A DNA stretch of 64,000 bases from Naegleria gruberi. Taxonomy: Eukaryota. The translations under genes were made by a program, and so were the position numbers. This document shows, one piece after another, positions 20,858 through 33,500 of the stretch. Within the stretch, counting starts at the first letter, position 1. Each line of letters starts with the position of its first letter. Under the pieces are notes generated by a model. It was not told the origin of the DNA, did not search any database, and was given only the letters and a program-made list of their open reading frames with translations. Where the stretch lies: the NCBI GenBank assembly GCA_000004985.1, contig GG738847.1; one strand, 5' to 3'.

Positions 20858-20907
20858 TTTTTAAATTAAAAAACAAAATTTTTAATTAAATAAAAAATTG
20901 AATAATC
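20858..20907. promoter_or_regulatory. Minimal bidirectional promoter between MRPL54 (minus) and the LYRM gene (plus)
   Basis: Only ~50 bp of AT-rich sequence (tttttaaattaaaaaacaaaatttttaattaaataaaaaattgaataatc) separates the two divergent start codons. Confidence 0.4.
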
Positions 20908-21117
20908 ATGTCTACTATTATTCGTTCTCCTGTTCATCTCTACAGAATTCTTCTCAAGCACACTCAATCTAACAAAATATTCGGAAATGAAAAAGTGAGA
21001 AATTATACATTTAACAAAATTAGAGAATGTTTTAGGGATGCTAGAAATTCCGATATTGCTTTCCAACAATTACAATATCAAAGAGCCATACAATTCTTGA
21101 CTGTCACTTCTCGGTAA
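20908..21117 (+). CDS. LYR-motif (Complex1_LYR family) small protein
   Basis: 69 aa. A literal LYR tripeptide (VHLYRILLKH) is followed by a downstream F/R-rich helix (KIRECFRDARN), which is the LYRM pattern. It is transcribed divergently from MRPL54 with a 50-bp gap. Confidence 0.5.
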   Translation: MSTIIRSPVHLYRILLKHTQSNKIFGNEKVRNYTFNKIRECFRDARNSDIAFQQLQYQRAIQFLTVTSR

Positions 21118-21503
21118 TTAATTGTTAGTATTCAAAATAAATTATTATTATTTAATTGGAATCTAATCATTTGCCATCTCATTCAATATCACAATTATTG
21201 ATGCATTAAAAAGATAGAAATCACACTTTCATTCCACCATCAACTTTGAAAACAACCTTCTCCAAAGAAAAGACCTTCTTGTTGCTATTTTTATTTTCAC
21301 TTATTATCCAAGCATGTCAACTACTGAAATATACCTTTGTTGTATGGAGTATTGTTTCTTAGAAGATATTGAGGTTGTTTTGTATTGTGAGGGTTAAGTA
21401 CGCGCAAAAAAAATGTCTGAAGAGGAAGTGAGAGAAGACCCAACAACTGAATGGTTGTTCGGGAAAGTGATGCACAACATTAAAATCAACAAGACAAAAT
21501 GGA

Positions 21504-24500
21504 ATGAATTCAGAACTAGTGAGGAAACAAGGTAAGTGTAGTATTAGGATTTGGACCTATATGAAAATGATCAGAGTTAAAATACAAAAATTCCTTACAG
21601 TGGAATCAGAAATGATGTTGTTTTTTATTAAGAGCAAAGAAAAAGAAGAAATAATAGTATCTGCGGAACCAGTTATTGGAGGTCATAAAAAAGGAATTGT
21701 GTTTTTGAAACATTCCCCTATCAAAATCACCACAGATAATTATGTAGAATCTCTATTTTATGAGGATGTTTTTGCTGATCCTCTTTTAAATTTACAAAGA
21801 ATTGTGGAAGGAGTTTATCTTCCTCTCCTTCAATCACCAAAGAATCAAAAAGGATGGCCAAATGTAGTGGCTCAAGATTTGATAAGACAATTCCATCGAT
21901 TTACAGGAATGTTAGATTTATTTATTGGACATACTAGAGGATCTGTAGTTTTACCAATGCCACCCGTTGATGAAACAGTGGAAACGGCTTCTCAAGATAG
22001 ATCCCTTGTTCATGCTTTTGAAACTTCAGTAATAGATTGGAGTAAGGAAACAAGGAAAGTAATAGAGTTGGATTCTGATAAAATATTGGATGAATTGGAA
22101 AAGGAAGAAAAATATCAAGGACCTCTTTTTGAAATTGATTTTTGGCAAGCAAAGAAAACAAAATTGACTGATCTTGCTCATCAATTATCAAATGACAGAG
22201 TGAAAATGGTGATTTCAACATTAGAAAAAACTCAAAGTTCATATGTTACCGGATTCAAGAAAATGTTGGATGATTTAAATTTTGCATTGGATGAATCTGA
22301 AACAATTTCCAAATATTTCGAACCTCTAAGAAAGTATTTCCAAGATTTGAATGATTCAACAATATCAGTTTCTGATCTTGGAGAAGTTTTTAAACCAATT
22401 CTACATTTAATTTCATTGATGTGGAGAAAGTGCGAGTATTTCAACACAGGTCATTTATATGTTCTCATAAGAGAGATTTGTAATGATATTGTTACTAGAA
22501 TTTATAATTATATTGAACCATCAGAGCTATGGACTAATCCTATGAAAGTTGTTGCAGAAAAACTTCAAATTTCATTTAATGGATGTGAAGAATTCAAAGT
22601 ATTATTTTTCCAATATAGGGATATTGTAAATAGAACTAATCCTCAAAAAACTTGGAAATTTGAAAGTTCTAAGGTTTTTACTAGGTTGAACTTATTTATC
22701 GAGAGATTACACGATTTAAGAACAATTGCTTTGTATATAGATGATTTCTTATCACTCGATAAATTTGATATTGGTGGTGTGAATGGAGCAGAATTAACTG
22801 GTATGATGTCTCAACTATTTGAAGAATTTGTAGATCAACAACAAAAGATTCAAAACGTTAGTTATGATGTACTTGATTTGAAAGAGGAACAATTTGAGAG
22901 AGATTTTTACAAATTCTGTGATGCTATTAATGACTTTGATAAGAGAATTTGCTTCATGATTAATAAGGCATTACAATTGAATACTGGATTCAAGTTTACT
23001 TTTAAACTTTTAGAAAGCTTTGAGTCTCAAGCAAGAAGAGAAAAAATCAGGCAAGAAATTGAGGGTAAAATTTCCAACATGTTATCGGTATATTCAGAGG
23101 AAATAACAAAAGTGTCAACAATATTTAACAAGAACAAAGAAAATCCTCCTTTATTAGATAACTTCCCAAAGGTTTCTGGAGCTATTGCTTGGTGTTATTC
23201 ACTGAGAGAAAGAGTAACATGGCCATTAGAAAAATTTAAAGAGCAACCTTTTCTAACCACCAGCTCTGAATTACAAGATATCATCCAAAGACATGAGAAA
23301 CTGATGGCTCAGATGAAAAAATATGAGGATGAGATTTTCAATTCTTGGAAGGAGCAGCTTAATGTAAATAGTTTATCCCATCTCAATGATAATATTATTT
23401 CCAGAATGCCAGATAAAAGATTGGTGGTTAACTTTAATCCAGAACTGAGTTTCTGTATTCAAGAAGTAGAACATTTGAAACCTTATGCAAACGCAGTTCC
23501 AGAAGAGGCGATTGCACTCTTTGAAAAAGGGGATATTTACAGAGCTAAAGTCGCAACAATGGATCTTATGGTTCGTCAGTACAACACTGTAATTCAAACA
23601 TTGATAGATGTAGAAAAGCCTCTTTTGGCCGATAGATTAACCACTGTAGATAACATTTTGGTGGAGTCTACTGAAAAATTAACGTGGCAAAGCGATATTG
23701 ATAATTTTATATTACAATCTAGGGAAAATGTGAGAGACATTTACAATAGAACAAACTTCCTTAAAGGGAATGTTAAAACAATCGAAAAAATGGTTGAGAG
23801 CTGGATGACTATTTCTAATTTAATAATTACTGATAACTCTGGTATTGAGGAGATGAAAGAGAAAAAGGCCAGCAAAATATTTGATATGGTTGGATTTTGG
23901 AGACAATCTACTGACTCCAATCCAACTTTCAAAGTCTATTCTCAATGGAAGTCAAAAGTCTCAGCCAATATCAAAAAGTTGAGTGATGTTATTATCCAAA
24001 GTGAAAGAATTGGTCATATTATGGAAAGCAGCCGTCTCAAAATTTGTCCACAAAGCTCATCAGAGGAATGGAATAATTATTGGAGAAATTATGTTCTCTT
24101 TGTAAATAGTATTATTGAAAAGGGAGTATTTAATGCTGTAAGAGAAGGATTGACATTTTTAATTAACTCATTCTCAGGAAAAAATGATATGATTGCTTTG
24201 AACTCCAAAACACTGAGTAATATCTTCATAACTGTCAAACTAGAACTCTATTCTAATGATGCTGTATTCACCCCAAACTTGATTGAGAGTACAAACAGTG
24301 TTCATAATAGTGTAAAAATTTGGGTCAGTAGAGTCATTGGCTTAGCATCCATGGTAAAGAGATTAGATGAAGTTACAACTTTCGAAAAGGTCATCAAAGA
24401 CGATGAAAACATCAATGGTTTGAGGCAAAAAGTGTTCTCGTTAATGGGCAATACCATAAATGATATGAATGATCTCAGAGAAAAGTTCTGTGAGTTCTCT

Positions 24501-27500
24501 CATCTTTGGGAAGAAGATCCTAGGGAGTATCTGGCCAGATTCATCAAGAGTGGTGGTGATGATGTTAGATTTAACAGTGATAGTGAAGTTTCTGATGGAG
24601 AGAATGAAGATGACGAAGAAGAGCAGGAAAACGTAGTGGCATCTCTTGAAGAATTTGAAATGCAAATCCTAAAATATGAGAAAATTGTGTTAGAGATTGC
24701 AGATCTTCCAGATAAGGCTTCATTTGGTTGGTTGATCGTAGATTCATCTCCAATTAAGACAGCTCTATCTAATTTGGCTAGCAAATGGCGTTTTACATTC
24801 CTTGATCATTTGTTATCTGATGTAAGATCAACTTTGCACGAATTTAACTCGTTTGTCAAGGAATTAAAGGAAGGTTTATGCCAACCTATTCCAAAAGATG
24901 ACTACCCAAAGCTTGTAGAAATGATGAGATATATTGTAAGATTTAAAGAAAGACCTGAACATAAGCAAAAAGATGGACTCTTTGATAACTTGAGAGAGAC
25001 TGTTCAATTATTGAAGAAGTGTAGTATTGTGGTCCCACAGGAAATTATTCTTGACCTAGACGATGCTAAAAACAAGTGGAGTGACTTGTCTAAGGTTTAT
25101 TTTGAAGTTAAAGATAAACTCTCTGTTGTCCAAGATGAAGAGATTAAAAAGATTTCAAAGGAGGAGATTGTATTTGCCAATGTTTCAGAAAAGTTGAGAG
25201 AGGACTTTGTTAAGGATGCTCCTTTCTACTATTCTATTGGTGTTGATGCTGCCTACGAAAGAATTGATGAGGTTCATGAACGTATTTTGGTAGTAGAAGA
25301 AAATATGAGAGAGCTCCGAGATAGACAAAAGTTATTTGGCCTCATGCAAAACCAAGGTAAATTGGTAAGAGAATCAAGGGCAGAGTTGAGACTTTTAAAG
25401 AGAGTCTGGGATTTAGTGGCCCTAGTTCAATCCCAAATAGATGAATGGAAATCTATTCCTTTCCTTAAAATCAATGACGAAGAGCTAACAGAAGAAACAA
25501 AGAAATTTATCACCGAATTGAAATCTGTAGATAAGAGAGTCAAGAGATGGGAAGTTTTCATTGGGCTTCAAAATTATGTAGATAATTTCATGATTACCCT
25601 TCCTTTGATCCAAAAGTTGAGAAACCCAGGTATGAGAAGTAGACATTGGAAGCAACTTATGGAAAAATCAAAGGTTGACTTTACTGTTACAGAAAAATTT
25701 TCCTTATCAGATTTATTGTCTTTGAATTTACACAAATATCAAGATGATGTTAACGAAATCGTAGATAAATCAGAAAAAGAAATGAAAATGGAGAAGCAAC
25801 TCAAGGACTTGGATGCACTGTGGAGCGATCTCAAGTTTGATTTCACTGTTCACACTAATGGTGTAGAAATAGTTAAAGTTAGTGAAGAAGTAAGGGAAAG
25901 TCTTGAAGATAACCAATTACAATTGCAATCCAGTAGTTCTAGTAGATTTGTTGAGTTTTTCATAGAAGAAATTGAAGAATGGTTGAGAAAGCTTGGAAAA
26001 GTTGATACAGTTATCAATGGTCTTCTTGACGTTCAAAGAAAATGGCTCTACCTGGAGAATATTTTCATCGGTACTGATGATATTCGTCAACAATTACCTA
26101 ATGATGCCAAAAATTTTGATGCAGTAGATCGTGAATTGAAACTTATTCTAACTGAGGCAAAGAAGGTCATGAATATTGTTTCCTTCTGTTCTTCTCCTGG
26201 ATTGGAGGAAAAAATAGTTGTGTTACAAGATAGTTTAACTTCTTGTGAGCACCAACTTTCCAAATATTTGGAAACAAAGAAGAAAGCTTTCCCAAGATTT
26301 TACTTCACTTCAGAGTCTGATTTATTAGATATCTTAAGTAAGGGTGGACAATCTCCACATAAAATCTTAAAGCACATGCCTAAACTCATTCAGGCTGTTA
26401 AAACTCTAAAGTTCAGAGTTGATGATAACGGAAATCAAACAAATGAAGTGATTGCCATAGTCAGTAGAGAGGATGAAGAAGTGAGTTTGACACATCCATG
26501 CATTCTTCAAGGAAAAGTAGAGGATTATCTGAATGATCTTTTGAAAGCTATTTCTAGGACACTAAGGGATATTCTCTCTGAAGCTATGTTAACATATTCA
26601 AGTGCCAATAGAGAAGAATGGCTTTCAGGTTATGCTTCGCAAGTTATTTTAGTTACATCTCAAATTTACTGGACATTAGAAGTTAACCAAGCTTTTGAAG
26701 CTTTGGAAGAAAATAACGAAGCAGCTATGAAAAATTATTATAAGAAACAAGTTAATCAGTTAAACAAACTTATTTCCCTTGTTCAAAATGATTTAGAAAA
26801 GGGAGAAAGACAAAAGATTATGAATTTGGTTACTCTTGATGTTCACGCGAGAGATATTGTGGATATGCTCATCAATGAGAATATTACCTCTGCTCAAGAT
26901 TTTGGTTGGCAATGTCAACTCAGACAAAGATGGGATGCAGAGCACCAGGATTGTATTATTGATATTTGCGATGCTACTTTTAAGTACGGCTATGAATATT
27001 TGGGTAATGGTCCTAGACTAGTGATTACACCTCTTACAGATCGTATTTACATCACACTTACCCAAAGTTTGCACTTGATTATGGGCGGTGCTCCTGCTGG
27101 TCCTGCTGGTACAGGTAAAACGGAAACTACAAAAGATTTGGGTTCTCAATTGGGTAAATCAGTTTATGTTTTCAATTGTTCTGACCAAATGAATAATGAG
27201 AGTTTAGCAGACATTTTCAAAGGATTAGCATCAAGTGGTGCTTGGGGATGTTTTGACGAATTCAATCGTATTGCTGTAGAAGTTTTGTCTGTAGTCTCAA
27301 CTCAGTTCAAGAGTATTTTGAATGCAATCAGAGCAAAGAAGGACAAGTTCATGTTTGAAGGAGAAGAAATCACTCTTGATAGAACAAACGGTGTTTTCAT
27401 TACTATGAATCCTGGTTACTTGGGAAGAACAGAGCTTCCAGAATCTTTGAAAGCATTGTTTAGACCAGTTACAGTTGTGGTACCTGATCTCGAATTGATT

Positions 27501-30500
27501 TGTGAAAATATGCTTATGGCTGAAGGCTTCAAGGAAGCAAAGGTGTTGGCCAAAAAGTTTATTACTTTGTACAGTTTGAACAAAGACTTACTTTCAAAAC
27601 AAGATCACTATGATTGGGGTTTAAGAGCAATTAAATCTGTACTTGTAGTTGCTGGTTCTCTGAAAAGAGCTGAACCAAGCATGCCAGAAACTCACGTATT
27701 GATGAGAGCTTTAAGAGATTTCAATCTTCCAAAAATTGTTCAAGACGATTTGGAAGTTTTCACTGGTTTAATCAATGACTTATTCCCTGGAATTGATCCT
27801 CCAAGAAAAGTTGATCTTGACTTTGAAGGAATAGCTGCAGAAGAAATAACTGCTCTCAAACTTCAACCAGAAGACAGTTTAATTTTGAAGGTTGTCCAAT
27901 TAGCAGAGTTATTGGAGGTCAGACACAGTGTCTTTATTATTGGTCCTGCAGGAAGTGGTAAATCAGTATGTTGGAAATCATTAGCTGCAGCAAAGAAGAG
28001 AAGAAATGAAAAGGTTCTTGTCAGATTTTTGGATCCTAAGGCAATTACCTCTCATGAACTTTATGGTTACAAGAGTGAACAAGCCGACGAATGGAAAGAT
28101 GGTTTATTGAGTAGTATTATGAAAAATTTATCTGAAAGAGAAGATACTGATCCTAAATGGATTATTTTGGACGGTGACTTGGATACTGAGTGGATTGAAT
28201 CAATGAACTCTGTCATGGACGACAATAGAATTTTGACATTGGCCAATAATGATCGTATCCCACTCCTTTCTCACATGCGGTTAGTGTTTGAAATTTCTCA
28301 TCTTAAGTATGCCACACCAGCCACCGTATCTAGAGCAGGTATTTTATATATTGGAGAAAAGGATATAGGATGGCAACCATATGTTGCATCTTGGATAGAT
28401 CAAAGGCCACAGGCTGAAAGGGCTCATTTACTCATCTTGGTTGATAAGTATATTCCTGAAACTTTAAGATTTGTAAAAGCAAACTTTAAGCACCTTATTC
28501 CATTAACCGACTTCCATCTCATTCATAGTTTATTCCAAATATTGGAAAGTCTCTTTGCTAAAAATCCAACCCAAGGCGAGAAGGAAGTAATGGAGAATTT
28601 CTTTGCATTTGCTACAATATTCTCCTTCATGGGTGCCATATCTGACACTGAAAAGAAAACCAACAAAATGCTTTTTGATAAGTGGTGGAGATCTACATAC
28701 AAGTCGATCAAGTTCCCAGATGATTTACTTGTGTTTGATTGCTACTATAATCCAAAGACCAAATTAATGGAACCTTGGAGGGAGATTATGCCAAATTATG
28801 AATATGATGCTGATATTCCTGTTCCTCAAATTATGGTCCCAACAGAAGAGACTACATGTATTAGATATTTGATGGATCATATTGTTGATATTGGTAAACC
28901 TTTGATGCTTGTTGCTAATGCAGGTGTTGGTAAAACACAATTAATTTCAGACAAGTTAAATAACTTGGATATCCTTAACTTTGCCTCAACCTCGATCAGT
29001 TTCAATTATTATACTGACTCTGAGTCTTTACAAAAGTTTTTGGAAGGTTCTCTTGAATCAAAGGGTGGTAAGAGGTTGGGACCACCAGGCAATAAGAAGA
29101 TGATTTTCTTCATTGATGATTTCAACATGCCAAGAGTTGACGCTTATGGAACTCAAACACCTATTGCATTGTTGCGCCAACACCTTGATTATGGTTGTTG
29201 GTATGAAAGAGCAAAATGGAATTTAAAAGAAATTATCAAAGTTCAATATATTGCATCTATGAATCCTACAGCTGGTAGTTTTACCGTTAATCCAAGGCTG
29301 CAAAGACACTTTGTTACCTTGGGTATCAACTTCCCTTCAAGGGCTAGTTTACAAAAGATTTATGGCTCTATTTTAGCAGGTCATTTAAAACGATTCCCGT
29401 TAGAATTAGCATCTGTTTGTAATAATGTAGTGAATGGTACTCTAGACTTACATGAAAAGGTTGTAAACTTATTCCCAAAGACTGCAAACAAATTCCACTA
29501 CGAGTTTAATCTCAGACAATTATCTAGTGTATTCGAAGGACTGTTAAGAAGTGAGGTGAACGAATTCAAGGAACCAAAACTTGGAAACCTCAAATTCGCA
29601 AGATTACTCACTCACGAGATTAACAGAGTTTATGGTGATAGGCTGTCCTCAAAGGATGACTTGATAATATTCGAAAAGGAACTCAAGAACATTGTGAATG
29701 ACAAGTTCCCAGAGTTTGGAGGTGAAGCAATTATTAGTAAGCCTCTAGTGTTTTCTCATTTTGTTTCTGGTGGAGATGGTGCTTATGACCAATTCACAAG
29801 TACGGAAAGTGTAAGAAAGGTATTGGAAGAGGCTCTAAAGAGACATAATCTTACAAAGACCAACATGGACCTTGTACTCTTTGAGGATGCTCTTGAACAT
29901 GTATGCAGAATTAATCGTATCATCAAGGGTGCTAATGGTAACGCTCTCTTAGTTGGTGTTGGTGGTAGTGGTAAGCAAAGTCTTTCAAGACTTGCTGCCT
30001 TTGTGGGCGATTTTGAAGTTTGTAAAATTGTCATTACAAAAGATTATGGTGTCAATAACCTCAAGGAAGATCTTAAAAATATGTACAAGAAGGCTGGTAA
30101 GAACCAAAAATTGGTATTCTTACTCAATGATAACCAAATTGTTGATGAGAAATTCCTTGTTTATATTAACGATTTATTATCAACAGGTAATATTCCTGAT
30201 TTATTTGCTGCAGACGAGAAGGAAGAAATAGCAAACTCTCTTAGAACTGAAGTCAAATCTGCTGGTATTTTTGATATTTCAAAAGAAAGCTGTTGGAAGT
30301 TCTTCATTAATAAGGTTAGAAGAAACTTACATGTTGTTTTATGTTTCTCACCTGTTGGAGAAAGTTTACGTATTAGAAGTAGAAACTTCCCAGCTATCAT
30401 CAACTGTACTCAAATCGATTTCTTCTTCCCTTGGCCAAAAGAAGCCTTATTGAGCGTTGCTGATAAGTTCTTGAAACCTGAAATGCCAATTACTGGAGAA

Positions 30501-33500
30501 CACCATCCATCAATTGTAAAAGCAATGGCATTCACTCATGAAAAAGTCAATGAATTTAGCTCTAGATTCCTCAACGAACTTGGTAGATATACCTATACTA
30601 CTCCAAAGAGCTATCTTGAATTCTTGAAACTGTACAAATCTCTTCTTTACAAAAAGAGAGAGCTTATCAAGGGTTTAATTGATAGATTGAGCCAAGGTAT
30701 TCAAAAATTGAGGGATACCACCATGAACGTAACCAAATTACAAAAACAATTGGAAACGCAAGAAAAGGAGGTCAAGGAAAGAGAAATAGCAGCCGATATT
30801 ATCTTGGAGAAAGTTAAAAAGGAAAGAACAGTTGTGGAAGCAGAAAACAAAAAAGCTCTCACAGAAGAAAAATTCGCCCAAGAAATCAACCAACAAGTTG
30901 CTCAACAAACAGCAGAGTGTGAGGGAGAAGTTGAAAAAGCCAAACCAATCCTTGAAAAAGCAGAATTGGCTCTTCAAACTCTTAACAAGACTGAATTGAC
31001 AGAACTTAGGTCCTTCAGAACTCCAAACGTCAATGTACTTCTTGTATTCCAAGCTGTGCTTATTTTACTAAGTACAAAGTCTGGTGTAACAAAAGATTTG
31101 AGTTGGTCTGCAGCTCAGAAGGCTATGGCTCGTGGTTCTGATAAGTTCTTGGCTGTATTGGAAGCATATGATTCCAAGAATATCTATCCTCACATCCTTA
31201 CCGCTATCCAACCGTTCATGGATAATCCTAAATTCACAGGTGAGGAAATCAGAAAACATTCATCAGCTTCTGGAGGTTTATGTGAATGGGTCAGAAACAC
31301 TATTGAATATAATAAGACATTCGTAGCAGTGAAGCCAATGTTTGACAGCTTGGAAAAATCCAAACTTGAAAAGGCAGCAGCAGAAGAAAAATTGGCTAAA
31401 GTAAGAAAAACAGTAGCTAAATTGAATAAGCAGTTAAAGAAGATTGAAGGTGATTATCAAGCAGCAGAAGATGAAAAGAATGCCGCTCTTGACATTGCTA
31501 AAAAGACTCAAGAAAAATTGGACTTGGCTCAACGTTTTGTTCGTGCTTTGTCATCTGAAAATGCTCGTTGGTTGGAGGAAATTCAAAAACTACAAACTCT
31601 TAACAATGTATTAATAGGAGATGTACTTCTTGCGTCTGCCTTTATTTCATATGCTGGTAGTTTTGATATGAGATTTAGAACAGAGCTCACAGAAGCATGG
31701 AAACAAGAAATTATTGGAGAGTTAAAGATTCCAACTTCTGAAAATCTTAATTTGTTAGAAGTTATGACTGATGATGCTGAAATAGCTAAGTGGGGTAATC
31801 AAAAACTTCCATCAGACAAAACAAGTATTGAAAACGGCTGTATTTTATTGAATTGTGAAAGATGGCCTCTGGTTGTAGATCCTCAGCTCCAAGCCATTAC
31901 ATGGATTAAGAACCATTACAAAGATTTAATAATACTGAGATTAGAACAACCAGATATCATTGAAAAAATGGAACGAGCCATTCAAAAAGGCCAAACAGTT
32001 TTGATTGAGAACATCAAAGAGACCATTGATGCTGTCTTGTCACCAGTTATTGGCAGAAATATTATTCAAAGCGGTTCTTCGAAACTTATCAAACTGGGAA
32101 ATAACGAAATAGACTATCACGAAAATTTTAAACTTATTCTCCATACAAAACTTAATAACCCTCACTACAATCCAGAAATTCAAGCAGAAACAACCCTCAT
32201 CAACTTCTCTGTCACAGAAGAAGGCTTAGAGGAACAATTACTTGCCCTTGTTGTCCAAAAAGAAAGATCTGACCTCGAAGAGAAGAAATCAGAACTCAAC
32301 ACCAAGAAGAATGAATTCAAGATTAAACTGAAAGAATTGGAAGATAACTTGCTAGAAAATCTTAAGTACAAAGGTGATTTGCTTGGAAATGTTGAACTAA
32401 TTACAGGTTTAGAAAACACAAAGAAAACAAGTGAAGAAATCAAGATTCAAGTTTTAGAATCTATTGAAACAGAAAAGGATATCAATGCTGCAAGAGAAAA
32501 TTACAGAAAAGTTGCTAAGAGAGGAGCTATTCTTTATTTCCTTTTGGACCAACTTCAACTTGTAGAACATATGTACAAATATTCTTTAGCAGCTTTCAAT
32601 GTTGTTTTCAACAGAGCAATTACTAAAACAGAAAAAGTTGAAAATGAGGACCTATTTGTGAGAATTGGCAAACTCATTGACTCTATTACTTATGCTTGCT
32701 ATGAATACACTGAACGTGGTTTGTTTGAAAGACACAAACTCATTTTCATGACCAACCTTTGCTTCACTATCCATAGAGACATATTTAAACCAGAGCATTT
32801 GAATTTCCTCATTAATTGTCCAGCAGATCCAAACACTCCAAAGGAAAATCCATTTGCTGACTGGCTTTCTGAATCTTGTTTCAAGGCAATTTACAAATTA
32901 AGTCAATTAGAAGGTTTTGAAAAGTTATATGACGATATCTACAACTCAGGTAAGCGTTGGAAGCAATGGTCAATGCTTGAAGCCCCTGAAAAAGAAGGTT
33001 TACCACAAGATTGGAAGAAGAAGACAAACTTTGAGAAGTTGTTAATTATTAGAGCTTTAAGACCAGACAGAATTACACAGGCATTGAAGGAATTTGTTGG
33101 TGAGATTATGGGTGATAAGTTTGTTCAGTCCATTCCATTCTCTCTTGATAAGATATTTGCCGAGTCGAGACCTAACACTCCTCTCTTCTTCATTCTCTTC
33201 CCTGGTGCTGATCCAATCAAGAATATTGAAGCTTTGGGTAAAAGACTTGGTTTCTCTGAAGAAAATGACAAGTTTGTAAACATTTCTATGGGTAAAGGTC
33301 AAGAAGAACATGCAGAAAAGACATTACGTAAATCCTATGAAATTGGTGGATGGGTGGTGTTGCAAAACATTCACTTGATGCAGAAATGGTTGCCAACTCT
33401 TGAACGTACTCTTGAAAAGCTTTCTGAAGGCTCTCACAAAGACTTTAGAGTGTTCCTAACAGCTGAACCAACTCTTAATCCAGTTATTCCACAAAGTATT

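Noticed and set aside
21934-24784. Multiple 60-100-aa ORFs on the minus strand inside the dynein gene (for example 21934-22242, 24500-24784). Similar antisense ORFs lie inside the ABC transporter (8645-10831, 11771-12643), RPC1 (53322-56096) and aconitase (57742-58374).
   Set aside because: They overlap strongly supported coding sequence on the opposite strand and are low-complexity. They carry no motifs and show no independent splice or promoter signals. They are antisense artefacts of the six-frame track.
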